IMG/VR virus record: IMGVR_UViG_3300042868_005676
Span: 3,201 to 67,200 of that record
From: a virus
Reading direction: 5' to 3' (one strand)
DNA: 64,000 nt
The number at the start of each line of letters is the position of its first letter. Position 1 is the stretch's first letter. Positions 51,339 through 60,241 of the stretch are shown piece after piece. The position numbers and the translations under genes were made by a program. The notes under the pieces are model-generated. The model saw only the letters and a program-made list of their open reading frames with translations. It searched no databases and was not told the origin of the DNA.

Positions 51339-51710
51339 TTATTTGTTTATTGCTTTTAGCCATTGTTCTAAATTGAAATTTGAAAAGTCCCCCTCTTCAA
51401 CGTTCTCTCCTAAAGACAAATAAAATCTCACTATATTTCCTAGTGCCAATAACTGTGCTGTACTCGCAGTATTCTTAAATTCATATTCATTATTCAATCC
51501 TCCTATTAACGCTAGGTGAATCTCATTACCTGGACAATAATTTAGCGTATGTAAATAACCATCATGTGTAATACAATGTGTAATAATCGGTTCTCTTTCA
51601 AGACCGCCTATGTGGTATCTATCATTAGATAATTTAGATGCTGCCCTCTCGTGTTTTCTTATATCTGAGGCCAACAAATTTATCTTGCTGTATGTCCAGT
51701 AGATTTTCAT
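51339..51710 (-). CDS. Degenerate T7-lysozyme-like amidase fold protein
   Basis: HCITHDG...IHLALIGG...TASTAQLLAL pattern; first Zn-ligand His appears missing. Confidence 0.45.
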   Translation of the reverse strand: MKIYWTYSKINLLASDIRKHERAASKLSNDRYHIGGLEREPIITHCITHDGYLHTLNYCPGNEIHLALIGGLNNEYEFKNTASTAQLLALGNIVRFYLSLGENVEEGDFSNFNLEQWLKAINK

Positions 51711-52000
51711 AGTTTACTAAAACTTGTAGTATCTTGCATTGAAATAACAGCTACGTGATTACTAGATACAAGGTCACTAGATTGTTTTTCTTCCTCTTTC
51801 TCAATCATGTGTATAAGATACCATAATCCTTTTTTCATGTCTTCTAAACCGTTCTTCTCTTCGCAACGCCATACATATTTAATTATGTTAGCAGTGCACA
51901 CTGCCATTATACCTGTCTTACCAATAGTTGCTGATTCAATTGCATCAATACACTCAACCTTTCCTTGCTTGTAGTGTGATGGATTAATATTGTCTTTCAT
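51707..52000 (-). CDS. DUF3310 (SaV/nucleotide kinase-like) protein
   Basis: DNINPSHYKQGKVECIDAI...NIIKYVWR...KNGLEDMKKGLWYL. Confidence 0.85.
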   Translation of the reverse strand: MKDNINPSHYKQGKVECIDAIESATIGKTGIMAVCTANIIKYVWRCEEKNGLEDMKKGLWYLIHMIEKEEEKQSSDLVSSNHVAVISMQDTTSFSKL

Positions 52001-52440
52001 ATTGCGAAATCTTTTGAGGTCACAAATATACACAAATCTTTTGGAACACGAAAAAATTTATCCACACCTTTTCTTTCTTGAGTATAAATGCGTATAGTTT
52101 CTTTAAATCCTTCGTTAAAAATAACATCTGATTTGCAGAAAATAGCTGCTTGGGTCTCAGAACATATGATCACATACCAAAATGAATTATCTTTCCACTT
52201 GGCTTTTCTGCTGAGGAACGATACAGAATCAAAAGGAAAGTCTTCTTTACAAGTCCATGGCCTTTTAGATTTCATCTCCACCTCCCAAAAGTATTTCTTA
52301 TCGTCTTTTTCCGAAAAGAAATCTATACCATAAACGTCACAATTCTCCAAAATATTGTGACCATTTGAAACTAAAAAAGCCTTAAGTAATTCCTTACCTT
52401 TGGCATCATTACGATTAAAACTTTCTTGATTAAACTTCAT
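51997..52440 (-). CDS. PD-(D/E)xK nuclease-like protein
   Basis: YGIDFF...WEVEMK. Confidence 0.55.
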   Translation of the reverse strand: MKFNQESFNRNDAKGKELLKAFLVSNGHNILENCDVYGIDFFSEKDDKKYFWEVEMKSKRPWTCKEDFPFDSVSFLSRKAKWKDNSFWYVIICSETQAAIFCKSDVIFNEGFKETIRIYTQERKGVDKFFRVPKDLCIFVTSKDFAI

Positions 52441-52889
52441 TCTTTATGTGTCCGTTGTGCAATCCCAAAACCTAGAATAAAACCAAGTAAGCAAACAATT
52501 ATAAGTTGCTCCCAATCATTTGATTTTTTAACATATGATTTACCTGGTACTTTTACTTCGTAAGGGATTGTATCTCTAAAATTTATAGTATCTCTTTTGG
52601 CGGTAACTCTGAATTCATCTCCGTCCTTTTCAATAATAAACATTTCACTTTCGATAAAAGTGTCTGTGGTAATGATAAATGAATCTCTTCTTTCTGGTAC
52701 TGGAACCTTAGTAATTTTGATAATGGTATCTTTTACAATTACAGTGTCTATTGTACACAAGTCTCCATACTTCAAGGTGAGAATGTCATGTCTTTGTTGA
52801 GGCGTTCTACATCCAGCAAAAGCCCCAAAGATTATTGCTCCTACAAAAACAATAAGAAACAATACGATATAGGATTTTAGATTTTTCAT
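52437..52889 (-). CDS. Lipoprotein with C-terminal TM, unimolecular spanin-like
   Basis: Lipobox FAGC, DT-rich beta region, C-terminal TM helix. Confidence 0.55.
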   Translation of the reverse strand: MKNLKSYIVLFLIVFVGAIIFGAFAGCRTPQQRHDILTLKYGDLCTIDTVIVKDTIIKITKVPVPERRDSFIITTDTFIESEMFIIEKDGDEFRVTAKRDTINFRDTIPYEVKVPGKSYVKKSNDWEQLIIVCLLGFILGFGIAQRTHKE

Positions 52890-52904
52890 TTGTGCAAAGA
52901 TAAT

Positions 52905-53050
52905 AAAAATGTCCAGTTTTTAACATAATAAACCAAACATTGGTAGCAAATAATGTTGAATATAATAATCCTTATCGGTAATAAACCGAGTTAATGTTGG
53001 GTATATTCCACATTTATACCCTATCGGTAATAAAATTTATTCCGTAACGA
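52905..53050. repeat. Tiled short palindromes (left part of array)
   Basis: AATGT..GTTT/AAAC..ACATT, TCGGT-N5-ACCGA, ATGTTGG/CCACAT, TACC-N5-GGTA. Confidence 0.45.
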
Positions 53051-53599
53051 TTATTCACTTTCTATTCTGACAACACCAAGCGTAGATCCGAATAAAGCCA
53101 AAACTTGATTTACTTTATCCATTTGAGCTGTCCTTTTTCCTTGTTCTAATTCACGAACAAAACGCAATCCCACACCCGCCTTTTCGGCCAATTCTGGCTG
53201 CGTTAGTTGGAATCGCTTCCTTTTTTCTTTAATAAACTTACCAATTCGTAAATATTCATCATTTGCCTTTCCATTAATTACATAGTCTAAATTATGAGAA
53301 ATTAATAATGGGGTAATCAAGGAGGCATTTAAAAGTAAAGCACCTTTGTTTATTTCTTTTTGAATCCAGTATCTTTCACGAGCATCTAAGTCTTCATCAA
53401 AAGCAACATATTCTAAAATTTTAACAGTCGGAGCATGATTAATTTTTTTTAAATCTTCAACCCATTCTACAACTTTTACTGAATGACTTTTACTTAGGTG
53501 CTGCATGGGTCTAATCATGCCTTGTGTTGATTTTCCAATATAATGTACAGCATTTGTAAAAGGACAACAAAGGGAATAGATTAATTTTTGCGATTTCAT
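53051..53599 (-). CDS. GIY-YIG endonuclease fused to XRE (y4mF/HipB-like) HTH
   Basis: LIYSL...HYIGKS...R..QH...ERYWI...LLN, then LTQPELAEKAGVGLRFVRELEQGK...DKVNQVLALFG. Confidence 0.8.
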   Translation of the reverse strand: MKSQKLIYSLCCPFTNAVHYIGKSTQGMIRPMQHLSKSHSVKVVEWVEDLKKINHAPTVKILEYVAFDEDLDARERYWIQKEINKGALLLNASLITPLLISHNLDYVINGKANDEYLRIGKFIKEKRKRFQLTQPELAEKAGVGLRFVRELEQGKRTAQMDKVNQVLALFGSTLGVVRIESE

Positions 53600-53653
53600 A
53601 AATATACCTTTTCGAATACAAATATACGAAAAATAATAAAATAATTTATATAA

Positions 53654-53815
53654 TATACCTAATTGGGTATAATAAACTCAATAGGTTTATTGAGCACATA
53701 TTAGTTTACTGACATATAAATGCTCAATATAAGTTTGTGGTCTTAATGTGTCATAAAAGTTACTTAAGGATGTGGTATTGTACCTTATATGGCACTTTAT
53801 TGTGAAAAAATCACA
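53654..53815. repeat. Tiled short palindromes (right part of array)
   Basis: TATACC-N6-GGTATA, CTCAATA-N4-TATTGAG, TAAG-N8-CTTA, GTACC-N6-GGCAC, TGTGA-N5-TCACA. Confidence 0.55.
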
Positions 53816-54040
53816 CTAATCAAACTTAAGACCATGTTCGGTCATTATCTCATGGAGCTTATCTCTTGTGTCTATTAGTGCTTGATAAGTATCTCCTGAT
53901 ATTGTGTCTGGGGCGTACTTAGTCTGAGACCGAAGGTGTTGGTCTAACTCCCACATACAGAGTGACCACCTGCTACCATTTACAGCAAGATCAAATTCCA
54001 TTTGATCCTCTGGCAGATTAAATTCTAAGACAGCTTTCAT
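53816..54040 (-). CDS. Small conserved phage protein
   Basis: MKAVLEFNLPEDQ...WELDQHLR...KY. Confidence 0.65.
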   Translation of the reverse strand: MKAVLEFNLPEDQMEFDLAVNGSRWSLCMWELDQHLRSQTKYAPDTISGDTYQALIDTRDKLHEIMTEHGLKFD

Positions 54041-54042
54041 TT

Positions 54043-54134
54043 GCCACATAGAAAGGATTCGAACCTTTATCTTTCACCTACAATGATGGAGCGTTACCAC
54101 GTCAGGGACATCCCTAACCTTACGCCACTATGTG
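54043..54134 (-). tRNA. tRNA-like element with expanded D-loop and degenerate anticodon arm (identity unassignable)
   Basis: Acceptor CACATAG/CTATGTG, D-stem GCGT/ACGC, T-arm AAAGG-TTCGAAT-CCTTT. Confidence 0.6.
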
Positions 54135-54139
54135 ATATT

Positions 54140-54470
54140 TGCCTTTTTGAACGATGTCGGGAAGGCTAACCCTATCTCCTATACGATGAGAACAGATGTC
54201 TTGGGCATTGTTAAGAGGCCAATCTGTATTTTACGATCCCTTGGCCAACAGGGCTAATTTCTTTTAAAAGCCCACCAACGTAATTCTTTGTTTATTAATA
54301 ACAATAATAATAATAATAATATTTTTTCTTCTTTCCCGTTTTTACAGAGAATGGTAAAAAACATTCATCCTTCCGAAGAAGGACACTATCCGATTTGAGC
54401 ATTACCTCCAGATAGCACAATCAATTGTTGTCGGTGGGTCTTTTTTCTAAAAGCAGATTTGACAGAACGT
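54140..54470 (-). ncRNA. Candidate multi-branch structured ncRNA
   Basis: TTTG...TATATTTG promoter (~54475-54505), CCCACCGAC/GTTGGTGGG closing helix, C(UUCG)G hairpin. Confidence 0.5.
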
Positions 54471-54510
54471 GATGCAAATATAGTATTAATATTTATAAAT
54501 GCAAATTATT

Positions 54511-56367
54511 TTAAATTATTTCACAAGCACCGCCAGCACAAGCTGATTCGCCCATAAGATTAGTATTGTCACTAATTTCGATAACTTTTGTGACATCAAT
54601 CTGATGAATGTTTTTAGACATCTCATCGTACTCTTCCTTCGTAATTGTTTCAAATGGAGTCTGTGGATAAGAACCTAAGTTTTCAGGCAAGAAGGATAAG
54701 CCATTGTAATGATTTTGATTTTCCCACAACCATTCTCCTACCATTGCCCACTCGTTCTTCTTAACAGTAACTGTTGCTGAAACGTTATGTGTATTGTCTC
54801 CATAGATATGACCAGGCTTAATCCATTTCTCGTGAATAAGTTTAACACGCTCAAGGAATTCAATAGCACTTTCCAAACTCCTAGTAATAGCCCCCTTGGG
54901 CGCAGCTACCGGAATACTTACTACCGAGTTGATAGTGGGTTGGTATACGCAATCCTCAAGAAGTTCTGGATGATGGATTGATAAGTAAGTATAAATGGCT
55001 TCGTTCTTACCAATTCGCATTCTGCGAACATAATACTCATCATGCCAAGCGTGTACACCAGACGAAGTACCTAGAACCAAAGATGAAGTTCCGCTAGGTT
55101 TAACAGTAGTGATACGAGCAGCAGTATTAATTCCAATAGTAGCAGCAGTAAATGAATTTACTCTAATTGTAGCCTCAGCAGCCTCGGCCATATCTAAATC
55201 AAAAATCTTACCACTTGCAATACCAGTCATACCAACACCTAATAGTGCCTCACGTTCTGTTACTTCTTTCCAGATAGGTCTCAGATAATGAAAGTCTGTA
55301 TAAGATGCCTGCAGTGTACCAATGAATGCAGCAGTCTCAGCCCTCGCTTCAAAATCAAATTGGTCTCTGATATCTGAAGCATTGATTTCCACTAAGTTAC
55401 AAAACTGGTGTGAATTCAAACTGATTTCTGCGCAAGGATTTGTTCCTAACTCTAAATCGTTTGTAAAGAAGAAACCTGGTTCTCCGGCATTACTATCTTC
55501 AACTTTTTTCCATAGATTCAAAAACAATTGCTTATCTACAGATCCACGCTTTAATTTTACACTGTTGTTAGCTCTTCCTCTTTGAGGATTAAGATCATAC
55601 CACTCTCCAGACTTACAAGTCAACATTTCCTCATCATCTTCATCAAAGAGAGCAATCATTGCTGATCTACGAATTCCTCCACTTAACACAGCGTTAGCAA
55701 TGTGACATAGGATATCGTGACACTCCAAAGAAGTCAATTGTTGTCCGTCTTGTTTGCGTTCAAGAACAGCCTCGATGTGTGCTAAGCAAATCTTTAATGG
55801 CTCTGGTCCTGGTGCTACTCCACCACTTGTAATTAGTCTTTCACCCTTCGCTCTAATAGCACGGTAATCAAAGTTTGGTTTCCATGTGCTGAGACCCAAA
55901 TAAGACTTCATTAATACTTTTATGGCATCAGCCCATCCCTCAATATTGTCTGGAATTAAATACCTTCTGTGTTTTTTAGAACGAGAAATAGCAGGTAGTT
56001 TGCTTATGTGGTTTTTGCTGACACTATAGCCGACACCCGTCCCAGACAATAACAAAAACATTGTTTCATTGAATGCCCTATAATCATCAATATGTAGATA
56101 GCTACAATTAAATAAACGAGCATTGTTAACCTCAATTGGCTTACCACCGAACTGAAGCGAACGCATAGAAGGCAATACTTTTTTTTCATAGACTAGTTCG
56201 TAGTTTGTTCTGATTAATTTTTCTAACTGAGGAAACTTACGAATATGCATTTCCATATTACGGGTCACAATTTCTTCCCAGGTCTCTCTTCTTTGTTTAC
56301 CATTAATGTATTTAGCGTATTTGCTCCATACAACAGTTGAGGATAAAATTTCGTGATTTAATTCCAT
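54511..56367 (-). CDS. nrdJ: Class II (B12-dependent) ribonucleotide reductase
   Basis: LPSMR, FNC, GTGVG, GGIRRSA, TNPCAEI, TVKPSGT and C-terminal ACAGGACE; no adjacent beta-subunit gene. Confidence 0.9.
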   Translation of the reverse strand: MELNHEILSSTVVWSKYAKYINGKQRRETWEEIVTRNMEMHIRKFPQLEKLIRTNYELVYEKKVLPSMRSLQFGGKPIEVNNARLFNCSYLHIDDYRAFNETMFLLLSGTGVGYSVSKNHISKLPAISRSKKHRRYLIPDNIEGWADAIKVLMKSYLGLSTWKPNFDYRAIRAKGERLITSGGVAPGPEPLKICLAHIEAVLERKQDGQQLTSLECHDILCHIANAVLSGGIRRSAMIALFDEDDEEMLTCKSGEWYDLNPQRGRANNSVKLKRGSVDKQLFLNLWKKVEDSNAGEPGFFFTNDLELGTNPCAEISLNSHQFCNLVEINASDIRDQFDFEARAETAAFIGTLQASYTDFHYLRPIWKEVTEREALLGVGMTGIASGKIFDLDMAEAAEATIRVNSFTAATIGINTAARITTVKPSGTSSLVLGTSSGVHAWHDEYYVRRMRIGKNEAIYTYLSIHHPELLEDCVYQPTINSVVSIPVAAPKGAITRSLESAIEFLERVKLIHEKWIKPGHIYGDNTHNVSATVTVKKNEWAMVGEWLWENQNHYNGLSFLPENLGSYPQTPFETITKEEYDEMSKNIHQIDVTKVIEISDNTNLMGESACAGGACEII

Positions 56368-56369
56368 AA

Positions 56370-56768
56370 TTAAAATGCTTTTCCGTGTTTATAACCTCTC
56401 ATTGAATTATACTTCATTTTCAATTCGATGTGCTGTTCAAGGTTAATATTTAAACCGCCACATAAATCAAACAGTCTGATTGCAACATCTGCAATCTCAT
56501 CTTCAAAAGAAGACTTGATATTCTTTTCGAATACCGTTTTCCAATCTTCTGCATCAAATTTGAATTCCTCATCATGCTGTAACAGAGCTAAGTCTTGTTG
56601 CAAATGAGTTGCAATTGTCTTATCTGCATAATGATTTTTACGGAGTGCCTCTTGGGCCTCAGCGAGTTCGCTCACAATTAACATTAACAATTCCGAAAGA
56701 TTTCTTTCGTTTTCCCAGAAGCCTTTTTCTTTGGCTGTGCTGTGTGCTTTTTCTATTAAATTTCTCAT
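56370..56768 (-). CDS. MazG-like NTP pyrophosphohydrolase
   Basis: LIVSELAEAQEALRK...EDEIADVAIRLFD...KMKYN..R..KHGK; ATG at 56768 after a promoter. Confidence 0.85.
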   Translation of the reverse strand: MRNLIEKAHSTAKEKGFWENERNLSELLMLIVSELAEAQEALRKNHYADKTIATHLQQDLALLQHDEEFKFDAEDWKTVFEKNIKSSFEDEIADVAIRLFDLCGGLNINLEQHIELKMKYNSMRGYKHGKAF

Positions 56769-56817
56769 AGGGGCTACAAATATAATCTGAGACCCATCGA
56801 AAAAACAAATAAAGTTT

Positions 56818-57093
56818 TTATTTTTTTGTTGTTTTACCATTATGACCATTTCTTGAGCGATTTTTAGATCTGTTCTCAAGTGTCATTTTACCAGACTTGG
56901 TATGGCTTAAATCTTTTCCAGCAGCATAACGCTTGCCGTATATGCCTCGCTTCTTTGCTTCTCCATTTAGTTCTGCTCTGTATTTTTTACGGGCAGGAGA
57001 AGACTGGTACGCTTTTTCTTTGGAATAGTCACGTCCTGTAGCCTTGTTAGACCCAGGACGTTTACTTTTCCCTATAATTTTGTTTTTAGGCAT
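56818..57093 (-). CDS. Small basic protein with HNH-like tail
   Basis: K/R-rich; GKDLSH...NRSRN. Confidence 0.55.
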   Translation of the reverse strand: MPKNKIIGKSKRPGSNKATGRDYSKEKAYQSSPARKKYRAELNGEAKKRGIYGKRYAAGKDLSHTKSGKMTLENRSKNRSRNGHNGKTTKK

Positions 57094-57095
57094 AA

Positions 57096-57242
57096 TTATT
57101 TTTTCTTAGCAGTTTTAGCAGATTGTTTAAATGCCTTCGCTGTCGGTGCACCCTTTGTGCCCGGCTTTCTCATTTTCTCACCGCTGCCTGCTGCAATACG
57201 CTTTTTCTTAGCGTTTATGTTTGCGTACAAACCTCGCTTCAT
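57096..57242 (-). CDS. 48-aa basic protein
   Basis: Manual translation MKRGLYANINAKKKRIAAGSGEKMRKPGTKGAPTAKAFKQSAKTAKKK. Confidence 0.65.
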   Translation of the reverse strand: MKRGLYANINAKKKRIAAGSGEKMRKPGTKGAPTAKAFKQSAKTAKKK

Positions 57243-57243
57243 T

Positions 57244-57549
57244 TTACTGAATAATAGTTACAGAGTCCTCACCTAAAACTTGCTCGATTTGTGCTACACA
57301 CTTTTCGTGTACAACTAAAGCAACTTGTCCCCAAAATTCTTGAACAGTTAATTCTGTTTGAACTTGATTTGGAAGAGAACTTACATTTAGTGGTGACTTA
57401 CCGTCTACCCAATCTTGCTGACTTTTATAGTAACTCAAGTTAACCCAGTTCGAGTTAGGAGCTAATATAAAAATGTTTAGATAAGCAAAGGCATTCGATA
57501 CCTCGAACCCTTCGTCTGTTGTTAGTTTTTTATTTATTTGTAGTGCCAT
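57244..57549 (-). CDS. Tail-fibre-associated/chaperone-like protein
   Basis: Directly downstream of the fibre genes. Confidence 0.45.
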   Translation of the reverse strand: MALQINKKLTTDEGFEVSNAFAYLNIFILAPNSNWVNLSYYKSQQDWVDGKSPLNVSSLPNQVQTELTVQEFWGQVALVVHEKCVAQIEQVLGEDSVTIIQ

Positions 57550-57560
57550 AATTTTATTTA

Positions 57561-58775
57561 TTAATATGCTACTTCTACTAAAGCAACCTTTGAAACTATT
57601 CTGAATGTCACAGAACCACCACCGCTAAACAATGGAGCATTGAATACTATTTCTAGTTGTTGACTAGCACCGCTATTTATATCAATAGCACACGTTGCCA
57701 TAGATGTATCATTTTTAATACTAGTGGTATCTATAGATCCTACAATAGAAGATGTACCCCCTATGCGTTTAAACAATAAACAATCTTTCTGCATATAGCA
57801 GTCTCCCACAGTCACACCCGTTGCAGTTCCCGTAATTGCAGTTACTACTGCGATAGTGTCAATTTGAACATTCCATGCTCGGTTGTTGCCTGAAGGAATA
57901 ATTAAGTTTGTTACACCTGTTCCATCTAAAGATAAAACTGTTGTTCCTCCCGTTGTTAAAGATGCTGAACGCATAGGAACTAAATTCGATAATTGTGCCT
58001 CGCCATTACCTACAAAACCTCCATTTGTAGAAAAAGTTTGCATTCCTTGTAAATATGCTATAGCTCCTAATCCAGAAGCATTAGAATATTTAGCACTTGC
58101 AGTATTTTGATAACCAATAGAAACACCAGATTCTGCGTTTGCAGTACAAGACCTTCCTATTGCTACACTTCCAATTCCAGTTGCATTATTATTGCCACCT
58201 AAAGAAACTGTAGAAGTGTTTGATGCTACACTAGCAGCACCACCAGCAATTGAACGCTGCCCACTTGCCGTATTATTCTGCCCACCAACAACAGTTGCAT
58301 GAGTGTTTGTTGATGCTGTGTTGGATTGACCGCCTGAGATGGTTGAGCCAAAAGAACTTGCATTATTTCCATAACCACCACCTATACTAGAAGAATCTGC
58401 AGTAGCATTATTATCATAACCACCAGCAACAGTAGAATGATCTAATGTAGCATCATTTCTATATCCACCACCAACAGTACTATAATTACTAGATGATGTA
58501 TTAGAAAATCCTCCACCTATAGTACTATATACCCCGCTTGCAACTTGAGTATTGATTTGACGATTTCTTTGAAAATCTACACTATATGTTCCTCTCAAAT
58601 TTCCACCTGTAACAGTGCCATCGGGAATTTGAGCCACTAATGCACCAGTACCATTTGGAGCTATGACTAAACTTGAGTTAGTTGAATCCGCTTGTATAAC
58701 AGTTGCTGTCTGCGTTGTTACCGCAGGATCAGATGTTAATTTTAATCTTGAAAATAATTTTGTAAATGCTCCCAT
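57561..58775 (-). CDS. Tail fibre/receptor-binding protein with YadA-head-like GG repeats
   Basis: STIGGG-N-A repeats; paralog of 58781..60241. Confidence 0.7.
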   Translation of the reverse strand: MGAFTKLFSRLKLTSDPAVTTQTATVIQADSTNSSLVIAPNGTGALVAQIPDGTVTGGNLRGTYSVDFQRNRQINTQVASGVYSTIGGGFSNTSSSNYSTVGGGYRNDATLDHSTVAGGYDNNATADSSSIGGGYGNNASSFGSTISGGQSNTASTNTHATVVGGQNNTASGQRSIAGGAASVASNTSTVSLGGNNNATGIGSVAIGRSCTANAESGVSIGYQNTASAKYSNASGLGAIAYLQGMQTFSTNGGFVGNGEAQLSNLVPMRSASLTTGGTTVLSLDGTGVTNLIIPSGNNRAWNVQIDTIAVVTAITGTATGVTVGDCYMQKDCLLFKRIGGTSSIVGSIDTTSIKNDTSMATCAIDINSGASQQLEIVFNAPLFSGGGSVTFRIVSKVALVEVAY

Positions 58776-58780
58776 AATTT

Positions 58781-60241
58781 TTAGTATGCCACTTCGACTA
58801 ATGAAACTTTTGCAACTATTCGCATAGTTACACTACCTCCACCAGCAAATGTTGGGCCAGTGAATGTCATTGCTAATTGTTGAGATGCTCCTGCTGTGTA
58901 TGTCATAGAACAAGTGTCCATGATTAAACTATCTGAGGCCGATGCATCTCGTATAAAATTTCGTACAGAACTTGTACCACCAATTCTCTTGAATCCAAAT
59001 AGCGATTCTCCTGTGATTATATCTCCTACAGTTATACCTGTGGCAGTTCCCGTAATTCCAGTTACTACAGCTACCCAATCAACTGATACATTCCATGCTC
59101 TGTTTGTTGCAAGTGAATATGAAATATTGGGAATAATTAAATTTGTTACTCCAGTTCCGTCCAATGATAAAACTGTTGTTCCTCCAGTTGTTAACGTATC
59201 ATTTTTTGAAGATACCAATTGAGAAGCTTGAGAGCCACCGTTTATATTTACTCCGTTTGAAATTGCAAATTGATTGTGTAAAGTTGCCCTTGAATTTGTA
59301 TTAAAAGAAATTGATAAAGTTTCATCTGACTTACCTTCATTAAAAGCTATAGATTGAATTCCACTTGCATTGCCTTTATTAATTACCATTGAATTAGAAC
59401 CAGTTGCGCTAGAACCAGAAGTACTATTTAAAACCATAGATTGACTACCGCTTGCAGTGGCATACATACTATTTAAAACACAACTTATTCCAGCATTAGC
59501 CGTATTACCTTCTCCGCCAATAACTATAGAACGATTATTTGAGGCTATATTACCTCCCGATCCACCCATGCATAAAGAATTTGTACCTGAGGCTGTATTG
59601 CTATTTCCCCCAGCAATTGAACGCTGCCCACTTGCAGTATTGCTTGATCCGCCTATTACACTAGCGTGAGTATTAGTAGAAGTAGCATTACCTTCACCAC
59701 CTCCAATAAATCCCCTATCGCTATTGTTATTGTTATTTAATCCACCTGTTGTTACAGCATGATTCTGGAGAGCACGATTTTGTTGTCCGCCTCCTACATA
59801 ACTATAAACACCACTTGCCTTATTTGATACACCACCGCCAACTACAGAGTAGTTACCGCTAGCAACCTCGTCAGCATTATTTCTAGTCTTCTGTAAATCA
59901 ACAGAAAATAAACCCCTGCTATTACCCCCAAAGTTTGTATTGTCGGGAGCATTTCTCATCAGAGGGCCATTATTATTAGTACTTAAAATAAGTCCGTTAT
60001 CTACAACGCTAGACTGAATTAAAGCCGCAGCTTGAACCGTACTAGCAGAACTATTTTTAAGTGATAGTGTATTACCAACAAGAAGAGGGTTTGAATTTAC
60101 ATAACCATCAATCAACTCCTTGGGAGCAATCTTTTTGGTTTCTACGTCTGAAGTATCTACTACTGGTAACCAGTCTACTACAGAATCTAAGTTAGATCCC
60201 GTAAGTACATTGAGTTGTGATATTTTCTGATTGGTTGCCAT
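58781..60241 (-). CDS. Tail fibre/receptor-binding protein with YadA-head-like GG repeats
   Basis: KISQL N-terminus, VVGGG-N-A repeats, C-terminal domain shared with 57561..58775. Confidence 0.7.
   Translation of the reverse strand: MATNQKISQLNVLTGSNLDSVVDWLPVVDTSDVETKKIAPKELIDGYVNSNPLLVGNTLSLKNSSASTVQAAALIQSSVVDNGLILSTNNNGPLMRNAPDNTNFGGNSRGLFSVDLQKTRNNADEVASGNYSVVGGGVSNKASGVYSYVGGGQQNRALQNHAVTTGGLNNNNNSDRGFIGGGEGNATSTNTHASVIGGSSNTASGQRSIAGGNSNTASGTNSLCMGGSGGNIASNNRSIVIGGEGNTANAGISCVLNSMYATASGSQSMVLNSTSGSSATGSNSMVINKGNASGIQSIAFNEGKSDETLSISFNTNSRATLHNQFAISNGVNINGGSQASQLVSSKNDTLTTGGTTVLSLDGTGVTNLIIPNISYSLATNRAWNVSVDWVAVVTGITGTATGITVGDIITGESLFGFKRIGGTSSVRNFIRDASASDSLIMDTCSMTYTAGASQQLAMTFTGPTFAGGGSVTMRIVAKVSLVEVAY

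Noticed and set aside
53801-53815. TGTGA...TCACA as a canonical CRP site
   Set aside because: The spacer is 5 nt rather than 6; it is kept only as one unit of the palindrome array.
44911-56367. Introns or inteins in primase, PolB, TerL or RNR
   Set aside because: The ORFs are continuous and of ordinary length, with no intein-like C...HN insertions noticed.
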